A DNA stretch of 64,000 nucleotides from an uncultured candidate division Zixibacteria bacterium (GCA_963664195.1 OY760907.1:3648001-3712000), one strand, 5' to 3'. Positions 17,862-28,477 are shown, counted from the stretch's first letter. Notes: a model not told the origin generated them from the letters alone. Made by a program: numbers and translations.

Positions 17862-19508
17862 TCAAAAATACTGGCCGGAGCCAATGGAAAGCTCCCAGTC
17901 ACCGTGGTCGGTACGGGCGACATCAATCCGGATCAGCTCGCCCCGGGAAAGCCTCTCAAGCGACAGGCGAAGACCGACCCCCAGATTGGAGTAGTAATTG
18001 CTGAATGCAACCGGCTCGCCACGTTTCCATGACCGCCCTATATCTGTGAACACTACACCGCCGAGTTTCACCGAAAGAATCTCTATATCCGGATAGAACC
18101 GCCCCTCGATGTTCACCACATGGACCCTGTCACCCGATGTGTGTTCCGTGCCAAAACCGCGAAGCCCGTTTTTTCCGCCGAGATTGAGAGTCAACGAGTC
18201 GTCACTCTTGTCAGAAATGTAGACACTGCGAAGCGCCACGGTGAGATACCTGCACCGGTTGTTGTACAGTTTCACTCCCATCGCCGATCGCCTGCGGATA
18301 TCTGCCGATCCTCTGTACCAGAAAGATCTATCGTACTGCGCCGATATGATGTTGCCGAGGATTAGCTCGGTAAGGCTGATTCCGCCCGATAGCATGTCGT
18401 AGTGATGACCGTCGAAACCCGCTTTGAACGCCCGGCCGTATTCGACATGGGTTTCCAAGCCGAGTTGCACGTCTTCGTTATAGTCAAACCCGTTGATCCG
18501 TCTGACAACAATGAAATCCTGCAAGGCATAGTCAACGGAGACGCCAAACCGATGCAGTACGGAGTCTTTCGGAAAACCGCTCCAGAGAGAGTCCTGCGGT
18601 CTGAAGAGCTTCCTATCTCGTGCAATCTTGTGCAGATATCGGTAGCTGCCACCGGCTGCAAGCTTGGAATTCGACGGTCCAAACCGGTAGCCCAGAGACA
18701 AACTTGCCCGATCAGCTTCCTCCCGCCACTCGGCTATCTGGTCCTCATCTTCGTAGCGTTCCCGACGTGCACCTGCATCAGCTACGGAGAAGCTGAACGA
18801 GAACCGCTCACTCAAATTGTATAAAGGTCGACTGACGGTCAGACGTTTCAAACGCCCCTTCGGATTGGAACTGTAGTCCACACGGAGGCTGAGAGGTCTC
18901 CCCCACAGCCGCGGTTCGCGGAAGGAAGAGGAAACGAAGTTGTCGTCACCTCCCCGGATATAGTAATCAAACGAAAGGAACTGCGCCCGCCCCAGCAGGT
19001 TGCGTTCCTCGAATCCGAACTGCAAGTCGAAGTAGCGCCCCACTTTCTCAAGCTTCTTGACCCCGCCGATCAGGCTCCATTGGTCAATGGTGACAATCCT
19101 GACCAGCAGCCGATTGTCCGGCAAAATTTCCGTTTCGATCCAGGCGTCGTTGAAGGGAAAGCGAGTCCGGAGATTACGCGCTGTCTCACGGACGGTCTCC
19201 AGCGAAAACAATTCTCCCACCGCAAACAGAAGCTCCCGCTGGACGATATTGTTGCGTGTTACCATATGCAGCCGATTCGCCGTTCTGAACAGCAACCCGG
19301 AATATCGGTTATCATCCGTGTCGTACACATTTCGGTTCTCGATCACGATGCTATCTATCACTTGTCCCTCGCACTCGGAGGAGATTGTATCTGAGACGAT
19401 GGCGATCATTCCGTGGGCAGGATCAGCAGTGACCGACTGCGAGTCAGCCCAAAAAAAACAGCACGCCAGCAGGGTCACACGAAGGATTATGTGCACGTGA
19501 CGATTCAT
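17862..19508 (-). CDS. Omp85/BamA-TamA-like outer-membrane protein with POTRA-like domain
   Basis: Signal peptide, RELLFAVG...ETARNLR, ERNLLGRA, LGGKNGLRGF (L6 loop), C-terminal QYF. Confidence 0.75.
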   Translation of the reverse strand: MNRHVHIILRVTLLACCFFWADSQSVTADPAHGMIAIVSDTISSECEGQVIDSIVIENRNVYDTDDNRYSGLLFRTANRLHMVTRNNIVQRELLFAVGELFSLETVRETARNLRTRFPFNDAWIETEILPDNRLLVRIVTIDQWSLIGGVKKLEKVGRYFDLQFGFEERNLLGRAQFLSFDYYIRGGDDNFVSSSFREPRLWGRPLSLRVDYSSNPKGRLKRLTVSRPLYNLSERFSFSFSVADAGARRERYEDEDQIAEWREEADRASLSLGYRFGPSNSKLAAGGSYRYLHKIARDRKLFRPQDSLWSGFPKDSVLHRFGVSVDYALQDFIVVRRINGFDYNEDVQLGLETHVEYGRAFKAGFDGHHYDMLSGGISLTELILGNIISAQYDRSFWYRGSADIRRRSAMGVKLYNNRCRYLTVALRSVYISDKSDDSLTLNLGGKNGLRGFGTEHTSGDRVHVVNIEGRFYPDIEILSVKLGGVVFTDIGRSWKRGEPVAFSNYYSNLGVGLRLSLERLSRGELIRIDVARTDHGDWELSIGSGQYF

Positions 19509-19578
19509 AAACTTAAACAGCCAGGTTTTCCTTTGTCCTCAGGGGGTTACAGCTTCCCGACGGCAGCGACAATTCAAC

Positions 19579-19615
19579 TTATCGGCCTCAAGGGTTCTCG
19601 TCACCTGACCGATAT
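19579..19615. promoter_or_regulatory. Overlapping divergent sigma28-like elements
   Basis: Plus strand TCAA-N16-ACCGATAT (19588-19615) before the ATPase. Minus strand GCCGATAA (19579-19586) before the Omp85-like gene, without a clear -35. Confidence 0.5.
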
Positions 19616-19657
19616 TATAAGGACGAAGGTAACTGTAAACCAGATTGAACTCTAGGT

Positions 19658-21397
19658 ATGACTCGAAAGAAGCTCGGAGATCTTCTCATCGAACGGGGAC
19701 ATGTAACCCCCGACCAGCTTGAAGTCGCTCTCCGCCAACAAGCTACAAGCGGCCACAGGCTCGGGAACATCCTCGTCGAAACCGGTGTAATCACCGAAGA
19801 ACAGCTCATAGACGCCATCTCGGAACGGCTGCAGATTCCCAAAGTGTCTCTCGATGCCATGGTTATAGATCCGGCCGTCATCTCCCGGGTGCCGGTCGAA
19901 GTGGCCCGACGGTACACTCTGCTGCCGGTTTTCGCTATTGGCAACACTGTCACGCTGGCCATGGCCGATCCGCTCAATTTTATAGCCATTGATGAGATCA
20001 AGTACCATACCCGGTGCGAAGTCAAGCGCGCGATCGCAACTATCACCGAGATCAATCAGGCCATTGATCAGTACTACTCCATCGCCGACTCTCTCGAAGG
20101 GATCATGGGGGTTGGCAGCACAAGCGCGGATGCCCTGATTGCCGACGCTATCGCTCTGGAGGAGGCGGCAGAGGCCGAAACGCCGATTGTCAAACTGGTC
20201 AACCTGATCATAACTAAGGCGGTCAAGGACCGTGCCAGTGATATTCACATCGAACCCGACGAAAATACGATCCGGGTCAGATACCGGGTAAGCGGCATCA
20301 TGCGCGAAGAGGCGTCCCCTCCCAAATCGATGCAGAAGGAACTGATTTCCAGAATCAAGATAGCAGCCGACCTCGACGTCTCCGAAAAACGTCTCCCCCA
20401 GGACGGCCGCATTATCATGAATGTCGACAACTCACCTGTGGATCTTCGTATCTCTACGCTGCCGACAATTCACGGCGAGAAAATCGTCATTAGAATTCTG
20501 GACCGTCGCAATCTGCTCCTGTCATTCCGCGAGCTTGGCTTCCAGGATGATCTGACCGAGGCGTGGTCGAACCTGATTCATAAACCGGAAGGTCTCGTGT
20601 TGATATCCGGTCCCACTTCCAGCGGCAAGACATCGACGTTGTACTCGACACTGCAGGACATCAACTCGATAGAGAAGAACATCATCACCGTTGAGGATCC
20701 TGTGGAGTATTCTCTTCCGCTCATCAACCAGATTCAGATAAACGAAAAGGCTGGCCTGACTTTCCCAACCAGTCTCAGAGCCATCCTGCGCCAGAACCCG
20801 GACATCATCATGATTGGTGAAATCCGCGACACGGAAACGGCCGTCATGGCAATTCGGTCCTCGCTGACCGGCCACCTGGTTTTCTCCACTCTGCACACTA
20901 ACGACGCTCCCTCGGCGGTCACCCGCCTGATCGACATGGGAATCGAGAATTATCTTGTCGTTTCTGCACTCAAGGGCGTGCTGGCTCAGCGACTCGTTCG
21001 GGTCAACTGTCCTTCCTGCATTGAAGCCTATCAACCGTCGGATACTATCATGCGGCGATCAGGACTAAGCAGCATTGCCGATTCAATTGAGTTCAGGAGA
21101 GGCGGCGGCTGCACCCATTGCAAAGGTACCGGCTTCAAGGGGATGGTCGGCGTCTTTGAATACCTGAGAATAACGCCAGCCATCACCGATCTCATCCTTC
21201 GCGGCGGCTCGCTCAACGAAATCAGGGCTGAGGGTCGACGCAGCGGTTATGTGCCCCTTTTTGAAGCCGGGCTGGAAGAGGTCAAGCGCGGCATTGTCTG
21301 CCTCGAGGAACTCCTGCGCGAGACTTCCAATATCGAAGACTATACATATGGCGCCGACACCGTGATCAATGAGCAGGTAAATGTCGCAGCAGTTTGA
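19658..21397 (+). CDS. pilB: Type IV pilus/T2SS assembly ATPase (PilB/GspE) with N-terminal MshEN-like domain
   Basis: KLGDLLI...RLGNILV, ASDIHIEP, RLPQDGR, GPTSSGKT, TVEDPVEY, LRQNPDIIMIGEIRD, and a CxxC pair. Confidence 0.9.
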   Translation: MTRKKLGDLLIERGHVTPDQLEVALRQQATSGHRLGNILVETGVITEEQLIDAISERLQIPKVSLDAMVIDPAVISRVPVEVARRYTLLPVFAIGNTVTLAMADPLNFIAIDEIKYHTRCEVKRAIATITEINQAIDQYYSIADSLEGIMGVGSTSADALIADAIALEEAAEAETPIVKLVNLIITKAVKDRASDIHIEPDENTIRVRYRVSGIMREEASPPKSMQKELISRIKIAADLDVSEKRLPQDGRIIMNVDNSPVDLRISTLPTIHGEKIVIRILDRRNLLLSFRELGFQDDLTEAWSNLIHKPEGLVLISGPTSSGKTSTLYSTLQDINSIEKNIITVEDPVEYSLPLINQIQINEKAGLTFPTSLRAILRQNPDIIMIGEIRDTETAVMAIRSSLTGHLVFSTLHTNDAPSAVTRLIDMGIENYLVVSALKGVLAQRLVRVNCPSCIEAYQPSDTIMRRSGLSSIADSIEFRRGGGCTHCKGTGFKGMVGVFEYLRITPAITDLILRGGSLNEIRAEGRRSGYVPLFEAGLEEVKRGIVCLEELLRETSNIEDYTYGADTVINEQVNVAAV

Positions 21398-22595
21398 ATA
21401 CAAGGCCGTCGCGCCTGACGGCAGCCACCGAAAAGGCACCATCAACGCGGCAGAAGTTGCCACAGTTGAGCAGTTTCTCAGCGATCAGAAGCTGATCCCT
21501 ATCGACATCAAGCCGCTATCCGAGAAACAACCCGGATCGATTTTTGGCTTCATGAAGGGCAGTGACTACGAAAATCTGATTATGTTCACTACCAGCCTCG
21601 GCACCATGCACCGTGCCGGTATTCCCCTGCTCAGAGCGCTCACGGTGATCCGGATAGGCCCGGAGAACGGACGGTTCAATCTGGTCATCGACAAACTGCG
21701 GAGCGAAATCCAATCCGGCCGCATGTTGTCAGAATCGATGAGAGACTATCCGGACATTTTCTCCAAAGTGTACATCAACTGCGTCAACGCGGGCGAAGAG
21801 TCCGGTCAATTGGATGTGATCCTCGACGAGCTGGCGGTCATGCTTGAACGAGAGATGGAACTGACGCGTCAGTTGAAGGCGGGAGTCCGCTACCCGATAA
21901 TGGTCATCAGCGCAATTGTTGCCGCCTTCTTCGTACTGATCAATTTCGTGGTCCCGCGGTTCGCTTCGTTCTATTCGGCGTTTGACTCGGAGTTGCCGCT
22001 CCCCACACGGATCATCATGGCGACCAGCGATTTCTGCACCACATATTGGCCCGTCATGCTGTTCCTCGGAGTCGGTGCGGTGTTTGGCCTCAGAATGCTT
22101 CTGAGAAACGAGAGCAGCCGTCTCTGGATTGACAGCAAGATGCTCAAGATACCGATTGTCGGAGATCTGATGATACGGGGAAACGTTGCTCGTTTCTCAT
22201 TGATGTTCCGCATCATGATCGGAGCCGGTCTCCCAATCGTCAAATCTGTCGAGATCCTCGCAGACGCCGTGAAAAACGCCGCTATCGGTGCCGAGATTCG
22301 TATGCTTGGGGACCTGTTCCGGCGAGGCAAGGATGTCAATCTCGGGACGGACAAATTCAACTTCTTCCCTATCCAAGCCCTTCACATGCTCGCCATCGGT
22401 CTGGAGTCAGGAAACCTCGATGATATGCTCAAGGAAATCGGGACCCATTATACCAAACAAGTGCTCTACACTTCCCGACAGCTCACGGCCATAATCGAAC
22501 CGATTCTGACCCTGGTAATGGGTGTCTTCGTGCTCATTCTCGCACTGGCTATATTCCTGCCAATGTGGAACTTGATTCAGGTTTTCAAGGGGTAG
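21381..22595 (+). CDS. pilC: Inner-membrane platform protein (PilC/GspF)
   Basis: AGIPLLRAL, AGEESGQLD, YP motif, GLESGNLD, IIEPIL...FLPM. Confidence 0.92.
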   Translation: MSQQFEYKAVAPDGSHRKGTINAAEVATVEQFLSDQKLIPIDIKPLSEKQPGSIFGFMKGSDYENLIMFTTSLGTMHRAGIPLLRALTVIRIGPENGRFNLVIDKLRSEIQSGRMLSESMRDYPDIFSKVYINCVNAGEESGQLDVILDELAVMLEREMELTRQLKAGVRYPIMVISAIVAAFFVLINFVVPRFASFYSAFDSELPLPTRIIMATSDFCTTYWPVMLFLGVGAVFGLRMLLRNESSRLWIDSKMLKIPIVGDLMIRGNVARFSLMFRIMIGAGLPIVKSVEILADAVKNAAIGAEIRMLGDLFRRGKDVNLGTDKFNFFPIQALHMLAIGLESGNLDDMLKEIGTHYTKQVLYTSRQLTAIIEPILTLVMGVFVLILALAIFLPMWNLIQVFKG

Positions 22596-22601
22596 GCCGG
22601 T

Positions 22602-22628
22602 TAAGAGAACCCAGCTTTCAGCCGAAAC
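22602..22628 (+). promoter_or_regulatory. sigma28-like promoter for the pilin genes
   Basis: TAAG-N15-GCCGAAAC in the 81-bp gap before the first pilin. Confidence 0.5.
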
Positions 22629-22676
22629 AAAAGATATATAGTTTTTTTGGGTAAATACGCGCTATAAGGAGGCGTC

Positions 22677-23108
22677 ATGCGTTTCTCAAGAGTCTCAGAC
22701 CAGAGCGGTTTTACGCTTATCGAGATCGTAATCATCATTGTTGTACTCGGCATTCTGGCCGCAGTGGCCATTCCCAAGTATCAGGACATCACCGGCGAGG
22801 CCAAAGAGGCCGCCTGCCGTGCTTCGCTGGGCAGCCTGCGTTCCGGCATAACAATTTACTATGCCAACGCAGCCGTGACCACTGGTACCGCCACCTGGCC
22901 GACCCTCAGCGATCTGGAAACCTACGGCACGGTGATGGCCCAGGGTATCCCGAAGAATCCATACGTGGCTGATGCCGCCGCCCCGGATTCAATCGTCACA
23001 GGTGTAACCAAAGGCACTGTCGTGGGCACTCGCGGTGGCTGGGCATACAGCCCCACAACCGGCGAAATCTGGCCCAACGACAGCACCGCCAGTGCAAACA
23101 ATTGGTAG
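22677..23108 (+). CDS. Type IV prepilin (probable major pilin/pseudopilin)
   Basis: QSG^FTLIEIVIIIVVLGILAAVAIP class III signal; strong AAGGAGG RBS. Confidence 0.9.
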   Translation: MRFSRVSDQSGFTLIEIVIIIVVLGILAAVAIPKYQDITGEAKEAACRASLGSLRSGITIYYANAAVTTGTATWPTLSDLETYGTVMAQGIPKNPYVADAAAPDSIVTGVTKGTVVGTRGGWAYSPTTGEIWPNDSTASANNW

Positions 23109-23120
23109 TCGTCGACAGGT

Positions 23121-23591
23121 ATGACTGACAAAAGAGCATGCGGTGAAGCCGGGCGCAACCAGCGCGGCTTCACCCTAATCGAGATCGTCATCATCATTGT
23201 GACCCTCGGCATCCTGGCGGCAGTGGCAGTTCCGAAATTCGCCGACATGACCAACAGTTCCAAGGTCAATGCCACGAAACAGGAGTTGACGTCGCTGAAA
23301 AGAGCGATTGTCGGCAGCCCAGAGGCGGTGGCAGGCGGCGAGTATGTCGACCGGGGTTTCGAGGGAGATGTCGGGTTTGTGCCAGCAACGCTGGCAGATC
23401 TAGCGGCGAAACCGGATTCGGTAGCAACCTATGATCAACTCACCCGACTCGGTTGGAACGGACCGTACATTGACGGGTCCAACAGTGACTACCTCACCGA
23501 CGCCTGGGGGGACAACTATGTCTTCCTGCCCGGTTCCAGGACGATTCTGTCAATCGGCGGAGGCACAGACACAATACGCGTGACGTTTTAG
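23121..23591 (+). CDS. Type IV prepilin/GspG-like pseudopilin
   Basis: QRG^FTLIE signal; WNGPYI...DAWGDNY resembles GspG. Confidence 0.88.
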   Translation: MTDKRACGEAGRNQRGFTLIEIVIIIVTLGILAAVAVPKFADMTNSSKVNATKQELTSLKRAIVGSPEAVAGGEYVDRGFEGDVGFVPATLADLAAKPDSVATYDQLTRLGWNGPYIDGSNSDYLTDAWGDNYVFLPGSRTILSIGGGTDTIRVTF

Positions 23592-23604
23592 CAGGAGCCA
23601 GACG

Positions 23605-25221
23605 ATGACCGGCCTGAAACTGTGGTCCACAAAGTCAAAAGAAGAAAGCGACCAGCAGAAGCCTGAGACCAAGGCCGCACCGGCCGCTGGTGTCGAGTGG
23701 CTGCCGCCGGGACGCCGACTGAGTTTCGGACGTCATCTTGCTTTCTCAATCGATGAAGTATCTGTGCAGATGGCTGCGGCCGCTCACCGTGGCGCAAGCG
23801 TGGTACTCCTCGCCGTCGGCAAGACCTATTTCCCGGGCAAGGAATCGGACGAAACGGCCACGAAAGAATTCCTGCTCCAGACCATCAGTTCATTCGTCGC
23901 CGAGTTCGGTGGCCGGCGACCTTCCGTTTCAATAACACTCGACGGTCCGGAAACAGCCCTTCGTTCGGTAATCATGCCGGACATGAGGCCTGCCGAACTG
24001 GCATCAGCTCTCAAGTTCGAGGCCAAACGCCAGATTCCGTTCCCGCATGATGAGTGCGAACTTGACTACCGTCGAGTGCAGAAGATCACCGACAATGAAG
24101 AAAAACGGGTCAAGATTGCGATCCTGGCCGCTACCAGGCGTCTGATACGAGAGAAACTGGAGGCATTCGACAGCCTCAATCTTGAAGTCACCTACCTGCA
24201 CCAAACGCAGGACGTCATCGGGCAGCTTCTGACGAGTCTGCCGTCGCACGACCCGAACAGCAACTACGCGCTGATCAGCATTCAGCGTCATCGCTCAGAG
24301 ATTTCATACTACCACGGCTGTAATCTCGAATTCGTTCACGTCAGCTCACTTGGCTCGGCGTTTCTTGCCAACCGCACCGACCCGACCATGTTCGAGTATT
24401 TCGCCGAATCCCTGGCGACCGAGATTCAGAACTCGCTGGATTACTACAGCGGCCAATACTCGGCGCACTTTGACAACCAGATATACGTGTACGGAGACCT
24501 TGCCTACTCCGATGACTTGGTCACTCTGCTCAACGACCGGTTCGGCTTGACATTCGTTCGTTTTCCCGCCGAACAGCTAACGTTCGTAAAGGGCACCGCG
24601 GAGGCATTTGTCGACGAATTGCCAGCCTCGCTGCCGGCAGTAGCCAGCGCCACCAGTCAAGCGCAACTCGCCAACCTGCTTCCCGAAAAACGCCGCGAGA
24701 CCTTGCAGCTTCGCAGAGTTAATCGTCTGGGTGCGGTCGCGCTGGTTGTCCTTGCCGGGCTTTTCATCGCCAGTTGGCTGGGATCAATGGCGACCACCAG
24801 ATCCGCTCAAGCAAACCTCACTGAGTTGCAGCAACAGGAAGCCAAGTTCCGCGCCTCCGAGATGTTCACCACGTACAATCATCTCAAACGCACCATTGCG
24901 GCCAACCAGTCGTTCGTCAATCGGATCAAGGAGACGCCCTCCTATCTGGGCTTGAATCTCAAGGAACTGACGCTCCTTGCTCCCAAAGCGGTCCGGCTCC
25001 AGTCGCTGGATTATCGCGACGAGGGAACTGACCGCAACTACTATATCTCCGGACTGGTCCTGACGAAGGACGTCCCGCCGGAGTTGGTTCTCGCCGAATT
25101 CGTAGAAAACCTCGAGTCGTCTCCGTTCTACGAAAAAGTCAACATCGACCGAAATGTCAAAAAGCGCGGAGATGCGATCTTCAGACTCGACTTCACTCTC
25201 AGCATGAAGGGGATCATATGA
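23605..25221 (+). CDS. pilM: PilM-like protein fused to a PilN-like TM/periplasmic domain
   Basis: Actin-like PilM region (ALKFEAKRQIPF, EIQNSLDYY), then ANLLP, a TM helix and FVENLESSPFYEKV typical of PilN. Confidence 0.75.
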   Translation: MTGLKLWSTKSKEESDQQKPETKAAPAAGVEWLPPGRRLSFGRHLAFSIDEVSVQMAAAAHRGASVVLLAVGKTYFPGKESDETATKEFLLQTISSFVAEFGGRRPSVSITLDGPETALRSVIMPDMRPAELASALKFEAKRQIPFPHDECELDYRRVQKITDNEEKRVKIAILAATRRLIREKLEAFDSLNLEVTYLHQTQDVIGQLLTSLPSHDPNSNYALISIQRHRSEISYYHGCNLEFVHVSSLGSAFLANRTDPTMFEYFAESLATEIQNSLDYYSGQYSAHFDNQIYVYGDLAYSDDLVTLLNDRFGLTFVRFPAEQLTFVKGTAEAFVDELPASLPAVASATSQAQLANLLPEKRRETLQLRRVNRLGAVALVVLAGLFIASWLGSMATTRSAQANLTELQQQEAKFRASEMFTTYNHLKRTIAANQSFVNRIKETPSYLGLNLKELTLLAPKAVRLQSLDYRDEGTDRNYYISGLVLTKDVPPELVLAEFVENLESSPFYEKVNIDRNVKKRGDAIFRLDFTLSMKGII

Positions 25222-25781
25222 AACAGAGGATCGCCTTCTTCGCCGGAGGGGCACTGGTACTTGTAGCCCTCTGGTTCTTCCTGATCTACGTCCCGGTCGC
25301 CAGAGAGCGAAGCAGAATCGACTCGGAAATCCAGCACACTCGGGACCAGATAGCCGATTTCAACTCCACTATTGAGTCGTTGCCCCAGTTTCTGAAGCGA
25401 TATCATGATCTGGAAGCATTCAAAGAACAGCTAAATTCTTCGCTCTATGCGAAAGGAGACATCCTCAAGCTGTTGGAAGAAATCACCCAAGACGCGGTGC
25501 AGAACAATCTCAAAATCGTCGAGATATCACCACCGGTGTCCGAATTGCTGGAGTTGAACCGTCAATCTGAAATGACCGATGATCCCCAGTTTCTTAATAT
25601 CAGGCTGGACCTCGAAGGTAACTTTGTGGACTTCGGTAAATATGTCAGTCATCTTGAGGCCACCGCATACTTCCGGAAGATCAACTTCTGTTCCGTGCGC
25701 GGGCAGCAGGAAGTACAGCCGGAACTGGATCTTTCGATCGGCTTCAGAGCCTTGATCGGCATGGCAAAAGGTGTATCATGA
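25218..25781 (+). CDS. pilO: PilO-like protein
   Basis: N-terminal TM, coiled coil and LEGNFVDFGKYVSHLE; position in the operon. Confidence 0.75.
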   Translation: MKQRIAFFAGGALVLVALWFFLIYVPVARERSRIDSEIQHTRDQIADFNSTIESLPQFLKRYHDLEAFKEQLNSSLYAKGDILKLLEEITQDAVQNNLKIVEISPPVSELLELNRQSEMTDDPQFLNIRLDLEGNFVDFGKYVSHLEATAYFRKINFCSVRGQQEVQPELDLSIGFRALIGMAKGVS

Positions 25782-26230
25782 GCGAGAAAACGCGAAAAAT
25801 CCTTATCTTCCTCACACTGCCAATAGCCTTGATCTGGGCGGCGTACAATTTCCCGTCCGGCAAGAAGACGACAAGTCAGAAGGACCACCCACCGGTCACA
25901 GAGGCGACCATACAACCCGTGTCGGCGACTGCAGGTGAACCGGACGCCCGCCTGATAAACATCGAAGACCAGACGGCAAAGAAGTGGGGGCTTGACCCGT
26001 TCCGCACCTACCTCGCGAACCGACGCGGGGGAGGCACTCCTTCTGCGCAGAGGAGTTGGAACGTGAAGGGAATCGTTTACAACCCGGCCAATCCGCTGGC
26101 TTTCGTCAACAGCAAGTCAGTGCGAGTCGGCGATACGGTCGATGACGCCCGCGTTATCTCCATAGATAAAAAATCTGTAACACTCGACTACCAGGGCCGC
26201 AAATTTACCCTGTCCGTAACCAAGGGCTAA
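25778..26230 (+). CDS. PilP/GspB-like assembly protein
   Basis: TM helix, DPF motif, VKGIVY...AFVN..VRVGDTVDDARV. Confidence 0.65.
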   Translation: MSEKTRKILIFLTLPIALIWAAYNFPSGKKTTSQKDHPPVTEATIQPVSATAGEPDARLINIEDQTAKKWGLDPFRTYLANRRGGGTPSAQRSWNVKGIVYNPANPLAFVNSKSVRVGDTVDDARVISIDKKSVTLDYQGRKFTLSVTKG

Positions 26231-26234
26231 CTCC

Positions 26235-27521
26235 ATGAAAACCAGAATCACTCTCACTGTATTGATCTTCATCCTGATTTCCCTGCCGGCCCTGACCTCC
26301 GGCGGAATCCCGCCCGGCAAGATATCTCTGGAGCTGGAGGAAGTCCCGATCGTTGCCGTCCTGAATATGATCGCCACTCAGAACGGACTGAACGTAATCG
26401 TTTCCGGCGACGTCACAGGCAACGTCACCATGCGCCTGAACAATGTCGACGTCGAAACGGCCCTGGATGCCCTCCTGACCGCCAACGGGTACAACTTCTT
26501 CCTCAAAGATGATATCGTCGTGGTCAAACCGGCCGAGATAAATGCCGCCGGCGAACTTGACTCGCGAGTGATAACCCTCAGATACCTCGACCCGATTACG
26601 GCTCAGAAAGCACTGGATACGAGAATTTCTGAGAAGGGCAAAGTCATCATTCTGGACAAATCTTCGGAGATTGCCTCCGGAGGAAAAGCATACAGCGCAA
26701 ACCGACTGCTGATTACCGATTTCCCAAACATCCTCGACGACCTGGTCGCGCTGGTCACCGAGATGGACGTTCAGGAACGGACGATACTGATTGAAGCCAG
26801 AATAATCGAGACGACCGTCGACTCAAAAACCAATCTGGGAATCAACTGGCCAACCTCGGTCTCGGCGAATATCTCGGGCGCCGACGACGGTTCCACCACT
26901 TCGACGGAAACCAGCACAGAGAGCTCCGACGAAAACAACTCCGGCGTCTATGATCCGTCCAACGGTCGCTGGACCTGGGGGAAGCTCTCGGTCGGGGAAC
27001 TGAGCATGGTCCTGAATGCCCTTAACCAGGCGGGTAACAGCAAGCTGGTGTCCGATCCCCGGATTACCACACTGGAGAACCATGAAGCTGAATTCAAGTT
27101 TGAAACGATCATCCCGGTTCAGACGATCAACCGTTTCACCGAGGGTGCCGCAACCAGCGACATCGTCACGTTTGAAGATGAAGAGGTCGGCATCTCACTG
27201 CGGGTCACAGCGCGCATCAATGAGGGTGGCAACATCACCATGGACGTCCATCCCACAGTCGAAGACATCATAGGATACGCAGGCCCGGCAGACAGCCAGA
27301 AGCCGATCACGTCGTCAAGATCAATCCAGACACGCATTACGGTGGGTGACGGCGAGACAGTGGCGCTAGGTGGTTTGCTCAAAGAAAGCGATATCGAGAC
27401 AAATCAGAAAGTCCCTCTTCTCGGAGACATTCCCCTCTTGGGAAAACTGTTTTCAAGCAAGAAGACCGAGAAGTCATCGACCGATCTGCTCATCCTGATT
27501 ACGCCGCATATCCTGAAGTAG
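26235..27521 (+). CDS. Secretin (PilQ/GspD family)
   Basis: ILIEARIIE, PRITTLENHEA, VGISLRVTARI, GETVALGGL, KVPLLGDIPLLGKLF, LLILITPHI. Confidence 0.92.
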   Translation: MKTRITLTVLIFILISLPALTSGGIPPGKISLELEEVPIVAVLNMIATQNGLNVIVSGDVTGNVTMRLNNVDVETALDALLTANGYNFFLKDDIVVVKPAEINAAGELDSRVITLRYLDPITAQKALDTRISEKGKVIILDKSSEIASGGKAYSANRLLITDFPNILDDLVALVTEMDVQERTILIEARIIETTVDSKTNLGINWPTSVSANISGADDGSTTSTETSTESSDENNSGVYDPSNGRWTWGKLSVGELSMVLNALNQAGNSKLVSDPRITTLENHEAEFKFETIIPVQTINRFTEGAATSDIVTFEDEEVGISLRVTARINEGGNITMDVHPTVEDIIGYAGPADSQKPITSSRSIQTRITVGDGETVALGGLLKESDIETNQKVPLLGDIPLLGKLFSSKKTEKSSTDLLILITPHILK

Positions 27522-27968
27522 CTACCGGGTTGAACACATCCAGCGTTTCGAACGACTGAACAGCATCTGCAGGGCAAACGCCATTGCCGCAAGATCAAAC
27601 AGCAGAGAATCCCAGGCAGGGCCGGTCGCGCTCTGGCCAGCCTTGAAACAGCCGCAGTCGATGTCCAGCCCCCTCGCAATCGTGCTCGCCAGAGCAATGA
27701 TGAACACTACCAACAATACGTTCGACCAGAGCACCGCTCCTCGATACCAGACACCAATAATAACGGCCACTCCGATCACCAATTCGAGCATCGGCAGGAT
27801 CAGCGCCATCAGGTTGATCAACTCTCCCGGCACCATGTGGTAGTACCAGATCGATTTGGCGAACACGGCCGGATCTATGATCTTGTAGAACGACGCATAT
27901 ATCCACATGCCGCCGATAAACAGCCGTGAGAACAGGGTCAGAAAATCATTGTCGACTATCCGCCGCAT
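27522..27968 (-). CDS. DoxX/MauE family membrane protein
   Basis: RLFIGG...KIIDP..F, LP.LE, GLDIDCGCF. Confidence 0.85.
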   Translation of the reverse strand: MRRIVDNDFLTLFSRLFIGGMWIYASFYKIIDPAVFAKSIWYYHMVPGELINLMALILPMLELVIGVAVIIGVWYRGAVLWSNVLLVVFIIALASTIARGLDIDCGCFKAGQSATGPAWDSLLFDLAAMAFALQMLFSRSKRWMCSTR

Positions 27969-28477
27969 TTCGCCCTCCTCTCCACTTCAAAACCGGCCTG
28001 CTCCCACTCACGGGAACCACCGAAAAAGATCATCGGATCGGTGTAGCCAAGGTCAAGGAAGTTTCGAGCCAGATGCAGCGAGAGATCACACTCTTCGCCG
28101 GAACAGAATACGATTATTGGCCGCGCCCTCTCTACTCCGCCCAGACAAGAATCGAGATAGACACCAAGGTCAACCTCGTCCGGAATGTACTCAAATGGGA
28201 TATTGATTGAACCGGGTATTGTCCCGCAGAGGAACTCCTCCGGGTCACGCGCGTCCACAAATACTGCATTGGTCGTCGCAAACTCCATCTGCGCACGATC
28301 AAGAGCAATGAACGCCGGGTCGCCAGGCTCCGCTGACGGGGGCACTACGGGACTATCACTATCAAGGTCAATCTCACGGTATTCACCAATATAGGCGATA
28401 CGGTTGTGCGACAGGAGGTTCCCCCCCAGTCCAAGAATCGTGGAAATCACAAGAAGCAGTATGAATTGCCTGATCAT
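27956..28477 (-). CDS. Rhodanese-like domain protein with N-terminal anchor
   Basis: VFVDARDPEEF..GTIPGSINIP, VFCSGEEC, GGSREW. Confidence 0.85.
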   Translation of the reverse strand: MIRQFILLLVISTILGLGGNLLSHNRIAYIGEYREIDLDSDSPVVPPSAEPGDPAFIALDRAQMEFATTNAVFVDARDPEEFLCGTIPGSINIPFEYIPDEVDLGVYLDSCLGGVERARPIIVFCSGEECDLSLHLARNFLDLGYTDPMIFFGGSREWEQAGFEVERRAKCGG

